Source: Eledone cirrhosa
Taxonomy: Eukaryota
Length of the DNA stretch: 64,000 bases
Assembly (NCBI GenBank): GCA_964016885.1
Contig: OZ024748.1
Location: 41,788,001 to 41,852,000 of the forward strand
Direction of reading: 5' to 3'
Shown here: positions 63,685 through 64,000 of the stretch, piece by piece
Numbering within the stretch: position 1 is the first letter of the stretch
Layout of the letters: every line of letters starts with the position of its first letter
Program-made: the position numbers and the translations under genes
The notes under the pieces: generated by a model
What the model was told of the DNA's origin: nothing
The model's database searches: none
What the model saw: only the letters and a program-made list of their open reading frames with translations

Positions 63685-64000
63685 TACCTCAGTTATCACC
63701 ACATGTTATATTACCTCAGTCACCACCACATGTTATATTACCTCAGTCACCACCACATGTTACGTTACCTCAGTCACCACCACATGTTACGTTACCTCAG
63801 TCATCACCACATGTAGATAACCATCTAATATTCCCAAACATTACCCCAGTCACCACTACATGTTACAGTACCCCATTCCTCACCACATGTTATATTTCCA
63901 AAACATTACCCCAGTCACCACCACATGTTACAGTACCCCAGTCATCACCACATGTTACATTCCGAAGCAGTACCCCAGTCACCACATGTTACAGTAGCCC
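63685..64000. repeat. 27-bp minisatellite (TACCTCAGTCACCACCACATGTTATAT), open at the right edge
   Basis: TACCTCAG at 63685, 63712, 63739, 63766 and 63793, then longer variant units. Confidence 0.92.

Overview
Eukaryotic DNA, most likely from an octopod cephalopod, judged from the tRNA-derived SINE families, AT-rich introns and simple repeats. Bases 1-41945 are a 67/71-bp purine-rich satellite with nested higher-order repeats (2,276 bp, 12.4/16.7 kb and 3,093 bp). All short ORFs in the array are repeat artefacts. Three phase-compatible minus-strand exons (50059-50223, 43883-44034, 42606-42732; the last two not visible as such in the ORF track) encode the N-terminus of an RNA exonuclease 5 (REXO5/Rexo5)-like protein. 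The satellite therefore appears to sit inside a giant (>42 kb) intron of this gene. To the right is a convergent inverted pair of intronless, about 99% identical tubulin-folding cofactor E (TBCE)-like genes (53520-54995 +, 61364-62839 -) with a gene-conversion-like identity profile and a MITE present in only one copy. The rest is SINEs, TTAA MITEs, RTE and R4/Dong LINE fragments, a Penelope-like inverted repeat with a hammerhead-like motif, and three minisatellites that appear seeded from retroposon segments. Homology calls come from motif recognition, not database searches.
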